The notes: generated from the sequence alone by a model not told the origin. 54,030 bases of DNA from Octopus bimaculoides (GCF_001194135.2 NC_068988.1:38678178-38732207); one strand, 5' to 3'; positions 11,369 to 24,668 are shown, counted from the first letter of the stretch. Program-made: numbers and translations.

Positions 11369-12291
11369 CAGGGGTTCTGAACCATTTTATATCTATGGAC
11401 CCCTTTGATAACTCTCTTATTCTGGTGAACCCTTATAATCATTCAATGTTTAAAAACTAGTTGATAGAAATGTTTTTCCAAATTTCTATTTTGTTTTTCC
11501 ATACATTAACTCGTGTAGATTGAACTACGTAAAATGTTAGAGAAAGAAACCTTGTTGCTTCTTGCATTACAAACCAATACAGACATCGAAAACAGAGGTT
11601 CTCAAACATTTTTTATCTATGGACTCCTTTGATAACTATTTTATTCTGATGGACTTCTATAGCCATTCTATGTTTAAAAACCAGTTTTATAGATACTTTT
11701 TTTCAAATTTCCTATTTTGTTTTTCACACATTCCCAATGTATAATATTAGAGAAAGAAACCTAGCTGTTTCTTGTAATACATACCAATACATACACCTAA
11801 AGCAGAAATTTTTCGGGGGCCCTTAAAATACTATTGTGGATCCCCAATTTAACCCTAACCCTAACTCTAGCATTCATATTATTCTGTCAAATGTAATATT
11901 TATTTATTCAAATTATTTTGAATTAATCATGCATCATCTCATAGTTGTGAGATTTTGATGATGTGATTGTTTATTTTTAGAATTACATTGTAAAATAGGT
12001 GTGAGAGGCCAGATCTGATCAGATTCACCATAAAAGCAGGTAGAATGTTTGTACCAGACATGGTGAGTTTAAATGCTAAAGGGTTAAAATACCATTTTGA
12101 ATCCTCGATTTGCTATTTTTTTTGTGTGGACCCCAAAAATCTTATATGGCCCCTTACAGGCCACATAAAAAAAATTGTATAAGATTTTGGGGGGGGGTCC
12201 ACACAACAAAATAATATATTGAAGATGCTCAACTGGGGATCTCTAAGGGGCCAGATATAGCCCTTTAGGGACCCCTGGTTGAGAATCACTG
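11369..12291. mobile_element. Nested hAT MITE cluster
   Basis: CAGGGGTTCTGAACC at 11369, second start CAGAGGTTCTCAAAC at 11593, end GGTTGAGAATCACTG at 12291; 8-bp flanks CTCTACAA/CTCCAGAA (6/8). Confidence 0.7.
11849..12087. mobile_element. piggyBac-like MITE inserted in the hAT MITE end
   Basis: TTAA-CCC..TAGCATTCA / AATGCTAAAGGG-TTAA; homologous to 4575-4799. Confidence 0.75.
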
Positions 12292-13237
12292 CTCCAGAAG
12301 CTGCTCTAGAAACTGCTGTGTTGCTGAAAGTGCTTTGATGTATGGGATACAGTTGCAATTGCTGTTAAGGCTGCTGTAGGGTTTACTATAATGTAGACAC
12401 TACTGAAGAGGTTGTCATGCAGTAAGGCAGCTAGGCTTCCATACAGGCTTCTCTAGAGATGCTGCAGATGTTGCAGTAGAGGCTTCCATAGATGTGCCCT
12501 TAACGACTGGAGGATGTGAGGGTAGATTGAAAGTACTGGAGAGACTCCAGCATAAAATGGTTTTGAAACCAAAAGCAAACTAACAAACTACACCTCACTT
12601 CCACACCCATACTCTGGTCTGATTCTGACCCTTCTCTCTTATGTTCCTTCTCCTGGTCCTTATCTTGGGCCCCCCACCCCCGATATCCTCCCACATCCCC
12701 CTGTCTCATGTCTCAACCATCACCAGTTTCCATCACAGTCAGACAACATGAAATCTCTTAGTCATTAAACAAACAGCTATGGTCACAGTCCACAGGTTTT
12801 GGTTTATTCAATATTGTGTTGTTGTCAGTCGTAATATGTTCAGTGTATTGGAAAATACACAACCGCACTCACATATGTTCTCACTCGTACATGCATAGCC
12901 ACCACCACCGTTACCTTCACAATCTTTGTCATCATCATTGTTGTTGTCATCGGCATTGTTGTCGTTGTTGGCATCATCATCATCATCATCATCATCATCA
13001 ACAGCAGCAGCAGCATTTCTTTCCCTTCTCAGTTTTATGTTATCATTATTCTTAATATAATCAATCATCTTCACTTCCTTAACCAGGCTTGTGTACACTT
13101 GCATGTATGCTCTCCCCCCTTTCTCTCTCTCACTCTCTCTTTATCACACACACATACATGCATGCACACACACACACACACATGGACATCCATACACATG
13201 CTTTTCTTTCTTTGTCTGTTTTTCTCTCTTTATCTGC

Positions 13238-13270
<33 letters not shown>

Positions 13271-13719
13271 TGTATGTATGTATGCATGTGTGCCCACACA
13301 CATGCATATATACAGAGACCTTCAGCAACATATCTTAAATATCACAAATTTTGAAGAGACAAATGTAGTAAATTACTGGTACTTATTGCTATCATTTCAC
13401 TAGTGCTTAGGGGGAAAAGGTGAATCAATTCCCACCCAGTGCAAACCACACCTGCAACTTATTTTATCCACCACAGTGGAGGAGCAAAAGTTAAAATGGG
13501 CTGCAGTGGAATTTAAACCCAGAATCTACAGAGATTTAAAATTGTTGCTATGGTTTAGTCACAGGAAAAATGGTAGCACCCATGCCTCTTTGCATGATGC
13601 TTTAAAAAGGTGAGTGGAGGGAACCGGAAACTACTTCTGTGGGTTCAATACATATCTCACAAAAGGTACCCAAGGGCCAGGATGTGGGTACCTTAAATTG
13701 AGTGATAAATTAACTCCAC

Positions 13720-14135
13720 CAGGCGTGGCTGTGTGGTAAGAAGCTTGCTTCCCAGCCACATGGTTCTGGGTTCAGTCCCAACTGCATGGCATCTTCTAGT
13801 CTCAGGCCAACCAATGCCTTTCAATTTCCATCTACCAAATCCACTCACACACACACACACACACACATATATATACATATACATGTGTATGTGTATGTAT
13901 GTATTTGTATATATTTATGTATGTGTGTCTTTGTGTCTATGTTTGTCACCCTCATCAACACTTGGCAACCGGTGTTGGTGTGTGTACATCCCTGTAACTT
14001 AGTGGTTCGGCAAAAGAGACCGATAGAATAAGTACTAGGCTTAAAAATAAGTCCTGAGTTGAATTGTTCGATAAAAACACATCAAGGTTGTGCCCCAGCA
14101 TAGCTGCAGTCAAATGACTGAAATGAGTAGAAGAA
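13720..14135 (+). mobile_element. SINE S1 full length with small internal inversion
   Basis: Head CAGGCGTGGCTGTGTGG, 13821-13849 inverted relative to other copies, microsatellite, tail A. Confidence 0.85.
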
Positions 14136-14384
14136 AGCCATACTTGCAGTAGGTTGCTAGTGTGACTATAAGTCCAGATTCACTCACAAGTCTTGAGTGA
14201 ACCCAGAGTAAGTGCAGAAAGCACTAACCTTAATGTGCAATGCATTGGGATCAGATTAGTAGCAATGGGATTGCCTGAGTACAACTAAATATCTGCAAAG
14301 CATTCTGTTTAGTGCAGAATAGATCTGAACTATAGGTACTAAGCTACAAACTTCTGGGGAGGGAACAGTCAACTATCAGAGAAT

Positions 14385-14630
14385 TGGTATTGGGAAGGCA
14401 TCCAGCCTTAAAAACCATGCTAAAACAGACCTTGGCAGTGCTGGCGCTACATCAAAAAGCACTCAGTCCAATCTGTTTGGTGGCTAGCATTAGGAAGGGT
14501 GTCCAGCTTTCGAAACCATGTTAAAACAAACAGTGAAGGCTGGTGCAGTCTTCTGGCTTGCCAGCTCTCATCAAACTGTCCATCTCCTGTCAGCATACAA
14601 GATGGATGTTAAGTGATGATGATGATGATT
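14385..14630 (+). mobile_element. RTE-type 3' tail repeat ending (GAT)n
   Basis: GGAAGGCATCCAGC..AAACCATG..GTCCA..GCAT..GGATGTTAAGTGATGATGATG; other copies at 26350-26575, 27785-28040, 37620-37830, 51540-51680(+) and 49555-49750, 51855-52000(-). The same tail follows the RTE ORF at 19425-19800. Confidence 0.7.
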
Positions 14631-14954
14631 CTGCCTGTGGATTGCATAAAGGTTACAAAATCCTCACCTTCTTACTCTATAATTTGGTGTGTAAGTAGTT
14701 TTGTTAACCAATCAATGCAATTATTCGTTGTTGAAGCTACTGAATGAGTCATTTGCCTTTTATCTCTGTATGTGTGTGTGTGTGTGTGTGATGTATGAGT
14801 GGAGGTATGTGTGCGTATGCCAAAGAGAAAGAAGTAATTTGGTGAAGAGATTATCTTTCCGATTGATACTGATATATAGGTCTTGTTTATATATACACTC
14901 ACTACTGTGTGGGTGTATATGAGACCTTTGAAGCACATGTATATTGAGTGAAAA

Positions 14955-15006
<52 letters not shown>

Positions 15007-15313
15007 GGTGGTAGTGAAGAAAAGATGAGATGATGAAATGTTTGACTTCAGAGAGTCACATCTGTTTCAGTATGGAAAGAGGAGAGTGGTTGGTAGGGAG
15101 AGTTGTGATTTANNNNNNNNNNNNNNNNNNNNNNNNNNNNNNNNNNNNNNNNNNNNNNNNNNNNNNNNNNNNNNNNNNNNNNNNNNNNNNNNNNNNNNNN
15201 NNNNNNNNNNNNNNNNNNNNNNNNNNNNNNNNNNNNNNNNNNNNNNNNNNNNNNNNNNNNNNNNNNNNNCAGGAAGATACCAAGATAGAGTATTTGTTTT
15301 CATGCGTGTGTCT

Positions 15314-15356
<43 letters not shown>

Positions 15357-15505
15357 GAGAGTGTGATTAATGTGTATATATAGGGAGAGAGTGAGGAAGA
15401 TGAGAGAGATAAGATGATTTTTTGATTTCAAAGACTGCAGTAGTAGAGTTGAAGGAAGAGGCAGGAAGATACCAAGATAGAGTATTTGTTTTCATGCGTG
15501 TGTCT

Positions 15506-15542
<37 letters not shown>

Positions 15543-16245
15543 GGAGAGAGGGAATTAGACAGATGCAGAGATACTCAGATAGAAGTTAAATATTTTTACT
15601 TTAAAATGACACTTGTATCACTTTGCGGGAAGGAAGAAAAGCAGAGAAAAGATATTTAATAAGAAGGCAGGAAGAAAATAAGGAGAGAAGGAGAGAGATC
15701 TATAATTAATGAAAGACGAAAGAGGTATAGAAAGGGAGACAGAAGAGATTCATTGACAAAGTTTTTCCATATGTATTTAATGACACCAGTGAAGTGATTA
15801 GAACTGTACCTCTCATTTCAATTCATATATACATGTTTACAAGTCAATGTTATACACTTCTGTGTACTGTTGTTCTGTAGGCAATATCTATTAGCAATTA
15901 TATACACAGTTACTGATTCAACTCATGCTCTTTTCTTTGTCTCCAATCAATGCTATAGTATCCAATATATGCCAATCATCATCATTATCATCTTTAAGCC
16001 ATTTTATCCATGTTTACATGGATCCCTCTAAGAAACATTCCTCCTCTTGTTACATTCGTTTGTCATCTTCTTTGTCACTTTCAGTATCTTGAGATCCATT
16101 TTTACCTTTTCTGTTCATGTCTTCCTCTGTCTTCATCTTCTGCTTATTCTTCTACATGGATCTCCAGGTACTTCTTACTCTTCTGTCATCCTCCATATGC
16201 ATTAAATATCTATGCAAAAACTCGTTTTTTTTTACCCACTAAAAT

Positions 16246-16428
16246 TACCGCATTTTAACATGTATAAGGAACCCTTTTTTGTCAAAAATTAGGTTAAAAA
16301 AATATGGGAGTTTCTTATGCATGGATAGTATTATAATCCCTTACAAAACCTTTTCTGCAAATTTTAAGCCCCCAAAATTAGGAGGTTTCTTATAAACAAG
16401 GATTCCTTATACATGTTAAAATATGGTA
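16246..16428. mobile_element. Tc1/mariner (pogo/Tigger-like) MITE
   Basis: TIRs TA-CCGCATTTTAACATGTATAAGGAA / TTCCTTATACATGTTAAAATATGG-TA. Confidence 0.75.
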
Positions 16429-16454
16429 ATTTTGCTTATATTCAGTTTGTTTGT

Positions 16455-16660
16455 TTTTTTTTCTCAGTTTATCTATGCTTCATTGCTTATGTACACTAGC
16501 ATTACACAGCTGGCAGATCCAGCATGCTTTCCAGCCTTTGCACATCATCTGCATCCGGTGCCTATGTTTCATTGCCTCACAACATCACAGTTTGTACACA
16601 AACATCATACAATCTATTCATTGCTTGGAAAAAGAATCTCCTTGCTGTCAGCAAAAAGTA
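16455..16660 (-). pseudogene. RTE LINE ORF fragment (post-RT region)
   Basis: RLYDVCVQTVML*GNET*APDADDVQRLE, homologous to the LYDxCVRxxMLxGSETW motif also seen at 20172-20230. Confidence 0.7.
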
Positions 16661-16869
16661 ATAGCTCTCTGAATTCTAATCCTGGTTACATGCTTTTACT
16701 AGGTGGTATCCAGGGGCTGTTAAATCAGAAAAAAAAAAAGTATTACAATGAAACACAGTTATGCTTAAAATGCTCACAAAAAAAAAGAAAAACATGGCAA
16801 AAATTAATTTTGTTTGTTTTTCTTAACACTTTCTCTTAACGTAGAGCATGCTGCTTTGCATTATTTAGA

Positions 16870-17003
16870 TCTTTGGTTCTCAGCCATTTTTTGCCAATGG
16901 ACCCCTTTGATTACTATTTTATTCTAGTGGACCCCCATAGCCATTTGATGTTTAAAAACTAGTTTTATAGCTGCTTCTTTTAAAATTTCACACATTGGCT
17001 TGT
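16870..17003 (+). mobile_element. hAT MITE left end, truncated by mariner
   Basis: TGGTTCTCAGCCATTTT..ATGGACCCCTTTGA..; same family as 11369 and 11593. Confidence 0.65.
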
Positions 17004-17004
17004 G

Positions 17005-17762
17005 TGTGAGGTGGTATCAAAAGGTTCCTGGACTAGTTTTGTAGTATGCCAGCAGATGGCAGCACATGGTTGTATGTGCAATGAGAGCTAGAAGTGACCT
17101 TCATGAGGCAGTATGCTGAGTGATATTGCTGTAGTTTCTTTGCAAGTTGTGAAATTTGTTTTTGTGATCACATGTATACTGTAGTCTGTGATTTTGTCAT
17201 GGATGGGAACAAAGAGCCAATGTGAAATCTTGTGTTAAACTTGGGAAGTTTGCTACAGTGAACATGCTTTGAGACTGAGCATGCTTCGGCAAGCTTACAG
17301 CGATGAGGCAATACAGCAATATGCTGAGTGGCATGGGCACTTCAAAAGCAGAAGAATGTCCCTGGAAAACAGTGAGTGATCTGGAAGATCTGCCACAAGC
17401 ATCACCCCTGGAAATGTGGTATTGTGCATCAAGAATTTGTCTCCCAAGGCCAGGCTATCAACTGGGAGTTCTACTGTGATGCTTTGAAGTATTTGAGAGA
17501 GCATATTTGGCAAAAGCGACTAGATCTGTCGAGCACAAAGAATTAGATTCTTCACAACAACAAGAAACCCTGTCGCCAAGCTTTCCTCACTTGTGAGTTT
17601 TTCGCCAAAAACAACATGGTATCACTTCTGCACCTGCCCTATTCACCAGATATAGCACCTGCAAACTTCCATCTCTTCTCCAAGACGAAAATGCAGCTCA
17701 AAGGTTGCTGTTTTAACACCACTGTCGAGATCAAGAGTGAATCGCAGAATGTCCTCGACTTA
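17005..17762 (+). pseudogene. Internally deleted mariner transposon
   Basis: TIR-like GAGGTGGTATCAAAAGGTTCC; ATG at 17199; N-terminal LGK..MLRQAY..WHGHFKS; catalytic region GIVHQEF..ILHNN..LPYSPDIAPANFHLF (17640). Confidence 0.9.
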
Positions 17763-18152
17763 GTAATAAGGGCAATGAAGTGGCAGAACGAGTGGAGCAA
17801 CGGACCATATTTTGGTGTTATTCTTTTATACCCTGAGTTCAAAACCTACTAGAGTTGAGTTTACCTTTCATCCATTTTGGGGCTTATAAAGTAAATATCA
17901 GTTGTTATTTAGCACTTGGTCAGCCCTGATTGAGTAGACCTATAATCAAAGACATTCCAGTGGTGAATACCCAGTTTCAATATTTTTTTTTGTTCTGTAC
18001 AGGAAATCCTGACTCATATTCAATGTGTGTGTGTGTGTGTGTGTATAAGAGAAAGCGAGTGTGTGTGAAAGTCTTTGTGCTCATGTGTATGTTTGTATGT
18101 GAGCATCTGTGTTATGTGTATATTTATGTGAAAGTCTTAGTGTTTATGTAGT

Positions 18153-18472
18153 AAAGGTGCATGACTTTGTGGTTAGGGCATTTGGCTCACTATCGTAAGA
18201 TTGAGTTTGAAACTGGGCAGCATGTTGTGTCCTTGAGCAAGACACTTTATTTCACATTGCTCCAGTCCACTCTGTGGGCAATAATGAATAGTACCTGTAT
18301 TTCAAAGGGCCAGCCTTGTCACATTGTGTCATGCTGGTTATACCTGAGAACTAGGTTAGAGGTTTGCGTGTTTGTGGAGTGCTCAGCCACTTGCACATAA
18401 ATTTCACAAGCAAGCTGTTCCATTGATCAGATCAACTATATTTCTTGTCATCGTAACTGACGGAGTGCCAGT
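18153..18472 (+). mobile_element. SINE S2 with tail C
   Basis: CORE-like block plus GTGGAGTGCTCAGCCACTTGCAC..GACGGAGTGCCA; other copies at 21270-21652 and 30353-30583. Confidence 0.8.
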
Positions 18473-19039
18473 GTTTATGCACATGTGTGAATCAGCCATT
18501 TTCCAAATAGCACCATACACGCATATATACACACTTAGCTATTCCTCGAATGCCAAAGTTTGTTGGTACATGAGACATCTCTAAAACACACCGTATGCAT
18601 TGCCTTACAGAACAAGATCAATTAAAAACACAATAAAGTCAAGCTGATCTACATAAACTGACACAACAAAATCTATTACACAGTGTATGTGTGCACGTGT
18701 GTGTGTGTGTGCATACATGTATGTATATATATGAGTAACTATGTGCATATTTTCAAATGTGTATGCATGCGTTAACCAAATTGATTTCTTCCTTTATCTG
18801 AAATGCCCCAAACTGAAGCTAATAAGATTCCCTTTTGTGGAAATAAAAACCCCAGGTCATGTATTATTCACACACACTCAAGAACTTAACTACTCAATGG
18901 AAACTGCAACAACAATTTATAACAATAGCAACAACAACAACAGCAATAACAACAACAAACTTATTCCCTATTTGATTGATTTATCTATTTCATGTTTGCT
19001 TTTTTGCTGTTTATATTTGTGTTTATGCATTTGTTTTAT

Positions 19040-19400
19040 TTATATTATTCTCATGTTATACGTGGCTGTTTTGTGCATATATCCACCATGTTTATATAGC
19101 TGTCATGTTTATACAACTGTATATCTGTTATGTTTACATATCTGTCATGTTTAGACGTCATTTTATTATACATCCTTCTTGTTTATACATCTGTCCTTTT
19201 AATACACCTATCTTGTTTAGAGATTTGTCTCATATTTATACATCTGTCTCATACATTTATCTCATTTGTTTATATATATATATATATATATATATANNNN
19301 NNNNNNNNNNNNNNNNNNNNNNNNNNNNNNNNNNNNNNNNNNNNNNNNNNNNNNNNNNNNNNNNNNNNNNNNCTGTCTCATACATTTATCTCATTTGTTT
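19040..19400. repeat. Degenerate minisatellite (about 17-20 bp, GTTTATACATCTGTC-like), left of RTE insertion
   Basis: Repeated TTTATACATCTGTC variants; resumes at 20250-20700. Confidence 0.7.
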
Positions 19401-19424
19401 ATATATATATATATATATATATAT

Positions 19425-20240
19425 ATCATCATTATCACCATCATCATTTAATGCCTGCTTTCCATGATGGTATTGGTAAGATGGTTTGACTGGAACTGGT
19501 AAGCCAGGAGTATAATGGGTTCTTTTTGCGTGCCACCACCATGGGTGCCATTTACACAACACCAGTAATAGCCACGATTATGATTTCATGGGTGCCATTT
19601 GCATCACACTGGTAACAGCCATGACTACGATTTCACTTGGCTTGATGAGTCTTCTCAAGCACAGCCTATCACTAAAGGCCTCTGTCACTAGCTGTTGTCT
19701 CTGTGATGCCTAACATTCATAGATCATGCTACTGGCAACGGCCATGATTACAATTTCATGGGTGCCATTCACGTGACACTAGCAATGGCCACAACTATGA
19801 TTTCACTTGACTTGCCGAGTCTTCTCAAGCACAACATATCACCAAAGGTTTTGGTCACTTGTCATCACCTCTGTTAGACTCAACATTCAAAGATCATGCT
19901 TCACCACCTCATCCCATGTCTTCCTGGGTCTACCTCTTCCACGGGTTCCCTCTACAGTTAGAGATTGGCACTTCTTTACACAGCTCTCTTTGTCCATATG
20001 CACCACATGACCATACCAGCACATTCGTCTCTCTTTCACACCAGGTGCCTCTTATGCCCAGTTTTTCTCTCAAGACATTTGCACTCTGTCGTACATGCAC
20101 ACTGACATTGCACATCCAGCAAAGCATATTGGCTTCATTTCTTTCAAGCTTTCGCACATCCTCTGCGGTCACAGTCCATGTTTCACTGCTGTGGAATATG
20201 GCTATTCACACACAAATATCATGCAATCTGCTTTGTTGTG
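19425..20240 (-). pseudogene. 5'-truncated RTE LINE: ORF C-terminus, 3'UTR with tandem repeats, (GAT)n tail
   Basis: SSETWTVTAEDVRKLERNEANMLCWMCNV..ERRMCWYGHV..VEGTRGRGRPRKTWDEVVKHDL; stop at 19803-19805. Confidence 0.92.
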
Positions 20241-20249
20241 TTTAAGCAG

Positions 20250-20700
20250 CTTTTGGCTGTATATCCATCTTCTGTACACTTCTGTCTTGTTTATACATCC
20301 ATCCCATTAATAGTTTATACGTTTGTCTTGTATATACATTTTTTTTACACATCTAGTTTGTTTATACATTTGTCTTGTTTATACATGTGCCATATGCATG
20401 TTTCATTTATACATCCATTTTGTTTATATATCTGACACGGTTAAGCACCTTTAGATAATATATCTACTTTTATATATCTGTCCTCATTATACATCCATCC
20501 TGTTTATAAAACTGTCCACTTTATACATCTGTCCTCTTCATACATCTATGCTGTTTATATGTCTGTCTTGATAATACATATCATGTTTAAACAAGTGTTT
20601 TGTTCATACACTTGTCCTTTATATACATCCCATTTTTTATATATATCCTGTTTATACATTCATATTTCATTGAACACATTTGACTTAATGCATCTGTCAT
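20250..20700. repeat. Degenerate minisatellite, right of RTE insertion
   Basis: Same GTTTATACAT(C/T)TGTC unit. Confidence 0.7.
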
Positions 20701-21034
20701 GTAATATGTACATTGATTTTTAAAGGTTGGTATAGTTGATTATAGCAGCAATAGACTGACATTTCATTTATGGACCCCTGTGGAAAAACGTAAAGTAAAA
20801 ATCAAGTAAGGTGGGATTTGAACTTAGACAGTAAAAAGCCATCATTAAATACCACAAGGCATTTTGTTTGATAACTTTCCATCTCTGCCAATCTTCCACC
20901 ACCCTTTTACCAACATATTCTAGCATTGTATATATATATATAAACAATAATGCAGATGGGTTGAGGTTCACTACAGCTGTTCCAGACATGTAATGTTCTT
21001 TGTTGATGAACAAAAATATTACATCATGTAAAAC

Positions 21035-21071
<37 letters not shown>

Positions 21072-21221
21072 TGATATTAAAAATAAGTATATATATATAT
21101 GAATATAACTGATACATACATACAGGCATACACACATACATATATTTAGAAGGCTGTTTGCTATGGCTAGTCAGAGAGGGTTACAGTGTGCTTCTTTTTT
21201 GTATATATGAACTACTGACCG

Positions 21222-21269
<48 letters not shown>

Positions 21270-21271
<2 letters not shown>

Positions 21272-21652
21272 AGGTGCAATGGCCCAGTGGTTAGGGCAGT
21301 GGATTTGCAGTCATAGGATCTTGGTTTTGATTCCCAGACCAGGCGTTGTGAGTGTTTATTGAGCGAAAACACCTAAAGCTCCATGTGGTTCTGGCAGGGT
21401 GTGGTGGTGAACCCTGCTGTATTCTTCCACCACAACCTTCTCTCACTCTTTCTTCCTGTTTCTGTTCTACCTGTATTTAAAAGCGGCCATCCTTGTCACA
21501 CTCTGTATCACGCTGAATCTCCCCAAGAACTACGTTAAGGGTACACGTGTCTGTGGAGTGCTCAGCCACTTGCCCGTTAATTTCACGAGCAGGCTGTTCT
21601 GTTGATTGGGTAAACTGGAATCCTCGTCGTCATATCCGATGGAGTGCCACGA
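21270..21652 (+). mobile_element. tRNA-derived SINE with tail C
   Basis: GGAGGTGCAATGGCCCAGTGGTTAGGGCAG..GGTTTTGATTCCCAGACC; tail shared with 18153-18472. Confidence 0.8.
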
Positions 21653-22327
21653 TATATATATGTACAAATAACAGGAAGAAGACAAAGAAAATCCTTAAAC
21701 ACATCTTTAATGACTTGTTACAATTGTTTCTGTTCCAACCCTATTTGCAACGCTTGCCCACACATTCCAAAGTCATAGAGCAGACACGTATGTATGTATT
21801 CTTTAGTATTTAAGTGTATGTAGGTATATATGCATGTGTGTTGAGAATGAAATTTTAGCGATAGATAAGGCTTTACCCTTCCAAATAAGATACAAAACAA
21901 ATACACGCACACACACACACTCACATGTACATATGTTCATATGCATATCACACATAGATTTATATAAATTCATTCATATATAATACACACACACACACAC
22001 ACACACACATGTTCCTTTTATGCAAAAGCCAACCAACAATGAAAGGATTTATTTGTAAAGAACAAAACCCATCCTAATTTGTTATATTTCATTGAAATAT
22101 TTTATAACATTTATCAGGACTTATCTTCATACCCTCTCCTATGTGCATTCCGGTTTCTTCTCCTCTCCACTCTGTCCATTCCACACTCTATTTTATAGAA
22201 TCTATAATGTTTTTAGAAAAAAAGGTATGGGAATCAATTATAGGAAAACAATAGGTTTTAATAAATATTTCCACATGCGTTATTATTTTGCAGTTGCTGC
22301 CATATCTATACCATTTAAATATCTATA

Positions 22328-22359
<32 letters not shown>

Positions 22360-22983
22360 CATGTGCATGTGTATGTGTGTGCTTATGTAAAGAAACAGTC
22401 TCACACACACACACAAACACACACACATTATATGCAGAAATTCCTTTTGAGTATCTGTACACATGCAGTAACATATATTTGAACAAATATACTCTTTTTG
22501 TATTCACATATATACACACACACACACACACAAGCGCACATTTATATTTTACAATTTTTACTTATATGTGTGCATGTTTGTATATACATTGTCTATTAAA
22601 TTTTTCTGTATATCTTTACATTTTAATGTATATGTTGTTTATAAATGAGCACTGAGTAATCCTCCATGTGTGTTTGTGTGTCTCCGTGTGTTTATCTCTC
22701 TCTCTCTCTCTCTCTGTATCTATCTATCTATCTATCTATCTATCTCAATATATATATATATGTGTGTGCGTATCTATGTGTGTGTGTGTATATATATATG
22801 TATGTGAGTGTGTATAATTATACCCATACATATATATATATATAAATTTATTCATAATTTATATATATATATACACACAATAAAATATCTTGATATACAA
22901 ATAGGAACTAGAGCAAGATAAATATATGCATAGCAAAAATGAAGAAAATAAACCTGATTCTCCCGCAAAAGTATTGTCATGCA

Positions 22984-23037
<54 letters not shown>

Positions 23038-23060
23038 CATCATCATTCTCTTAATCATCT

Positions 23061-23124
<64 letters not shown>

Positions 23125-23526
23125 CGCACATATTTATATATATGTATATATACATTTACATATCTACACTTACGCACACACATAGACACATGCATATATA
23201 TACATATGCAGGATCTAATAGCTCTATTTCTGCATTCCTTAATCTCTATGAAGCAAATTCTTTTATAGAGCTGAGTTTTTTTCTTTTCCCCTCCCACTGT
23301 TTACAGGTGTATTTTGCTTTTGTTGTTCTGATTGTTTCCGTTTTTCTCTCCTCTTCTGTTCAATGCCACCGTTGTAATGTTCTCAAATGGATTCTATCTT
23401 TTATTGTAAGCTTTTCCAATCTACAATCTAATAAGATTGCAGAAAATCTGCATCGGTTGAGTATTACTTGAAAGAAAATGGAACTACTTAGGTCACCTGC
23501 TATTAAAAATCAAGTGTATTTGTGTG

Positions 23527-23568
<42 letters not shown>

Positions 23569-23669
23569 GGTTCCCTAGCATGGCCACTTTCCAGTGGCTG
23601 AAACAAGTAAGAGAGAAAAGAGAATAATGTGAATGGGTGTATAAAAAGTGTATGTGTATATATGACTGT

Positions 23670-23982
23670 GACCCCCTTCTGTCATGAATGACCATGGGCT
23701 CGTACCTAGAAAGTTACCCTCCGAGGCACAAGTCCAGGCAAGGTTGCTTATGGAAGACCAGCAGTCGCCCATGCATGCCTCTCCTTTCCATGCCACTGAT
23801 GTTATCCAAGGGAAAGGTAAAGGCCAAAACGGCCTGGCACCAGTGATGTTGCAACTCATTTTTACAGGTGAGTGACTGGAGCAATGTGAAATAAAGTGTC
23901 TTGCTCAAGAACACAACATGCAGCCCGGTCTGGGAATTGAACTCACAATTGTAAGCTTGTCACTCTAACCACTGAGCCATGT
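23670..23982 (-). mobile_element. SINE S2
   Basis: High similarity to 10295-10659 and 41982-42298. Confidence 0.85.
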
Positions 23983-24159
23983 ATATATATAGTTCAAATT
24001 TACTGAAAACAAAAGATGAAGATAGGTGAGGGAGCAACAAGCAGGTGTATTAGTTTTGACACTTGTGAAGAATGGAAAAGTCTTAATATTTGGGGATTGT
24101 GAGGAAAAAATGTAGAGAGAAGAAAAGTGTAAAAATTAATGGTTCAACATAATATATAT

Positions 24160-24668
24160 ACATACCTTTAGTTCCTATAAATGATTTCTACCATTCTATA
24201 AAATTCCACCTTGGACTGTCTTCTTACATTGCACTTCCACTAAATATATCTACTTCCATTTCTTTAAGCTTTATTCTTGTTTACCTATCGCTCTATATCT
24301 CTTTGCTATTAGTTTTCTGCTAATTCCATTCTTTTTCCTCCTTCTCTTTCTATAAACTACCTTTGACGTTATATCTACTATCGGTTTTTAAATAAAAACT
24401 TGATAGTGTTCCCTTCATCATATATGCAGTCATCACATTCTGTTAAATTGTTTTATTTATGTGTTTGGTTTCTTTCTTTCCCTGATGAGAAAATTGCATT
24501 GTTTTACACCATTTTGTTCCTTCTGGAATAATACCAATGTTGTCTTTGAAACATATGTCGGAAGTAAAAGGATTTGAATAACACCTGCGTTTAACTCCAT
24601 TTATTTATATTGANNNNNNNNNNAAAAGGATTTGAATAACACCTGCGTTTAACTCCATTTATTTATAT

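Noticed and set aside
11849-11866. Telomere-like CCCTAACCCTAA
   Set aside because: Only two units, formed by slippage at the MITE terminus TTAACCC.
15270-15540. Exact 50-bp + (GT)n duplication
   Set aside because: The first copy starts at a gap edge, so it is likely a mis-join.
19245-19425. Identical sequence on both sides of an N gap
   Set aside because: Overlapping contig ends, an assembly artefact.
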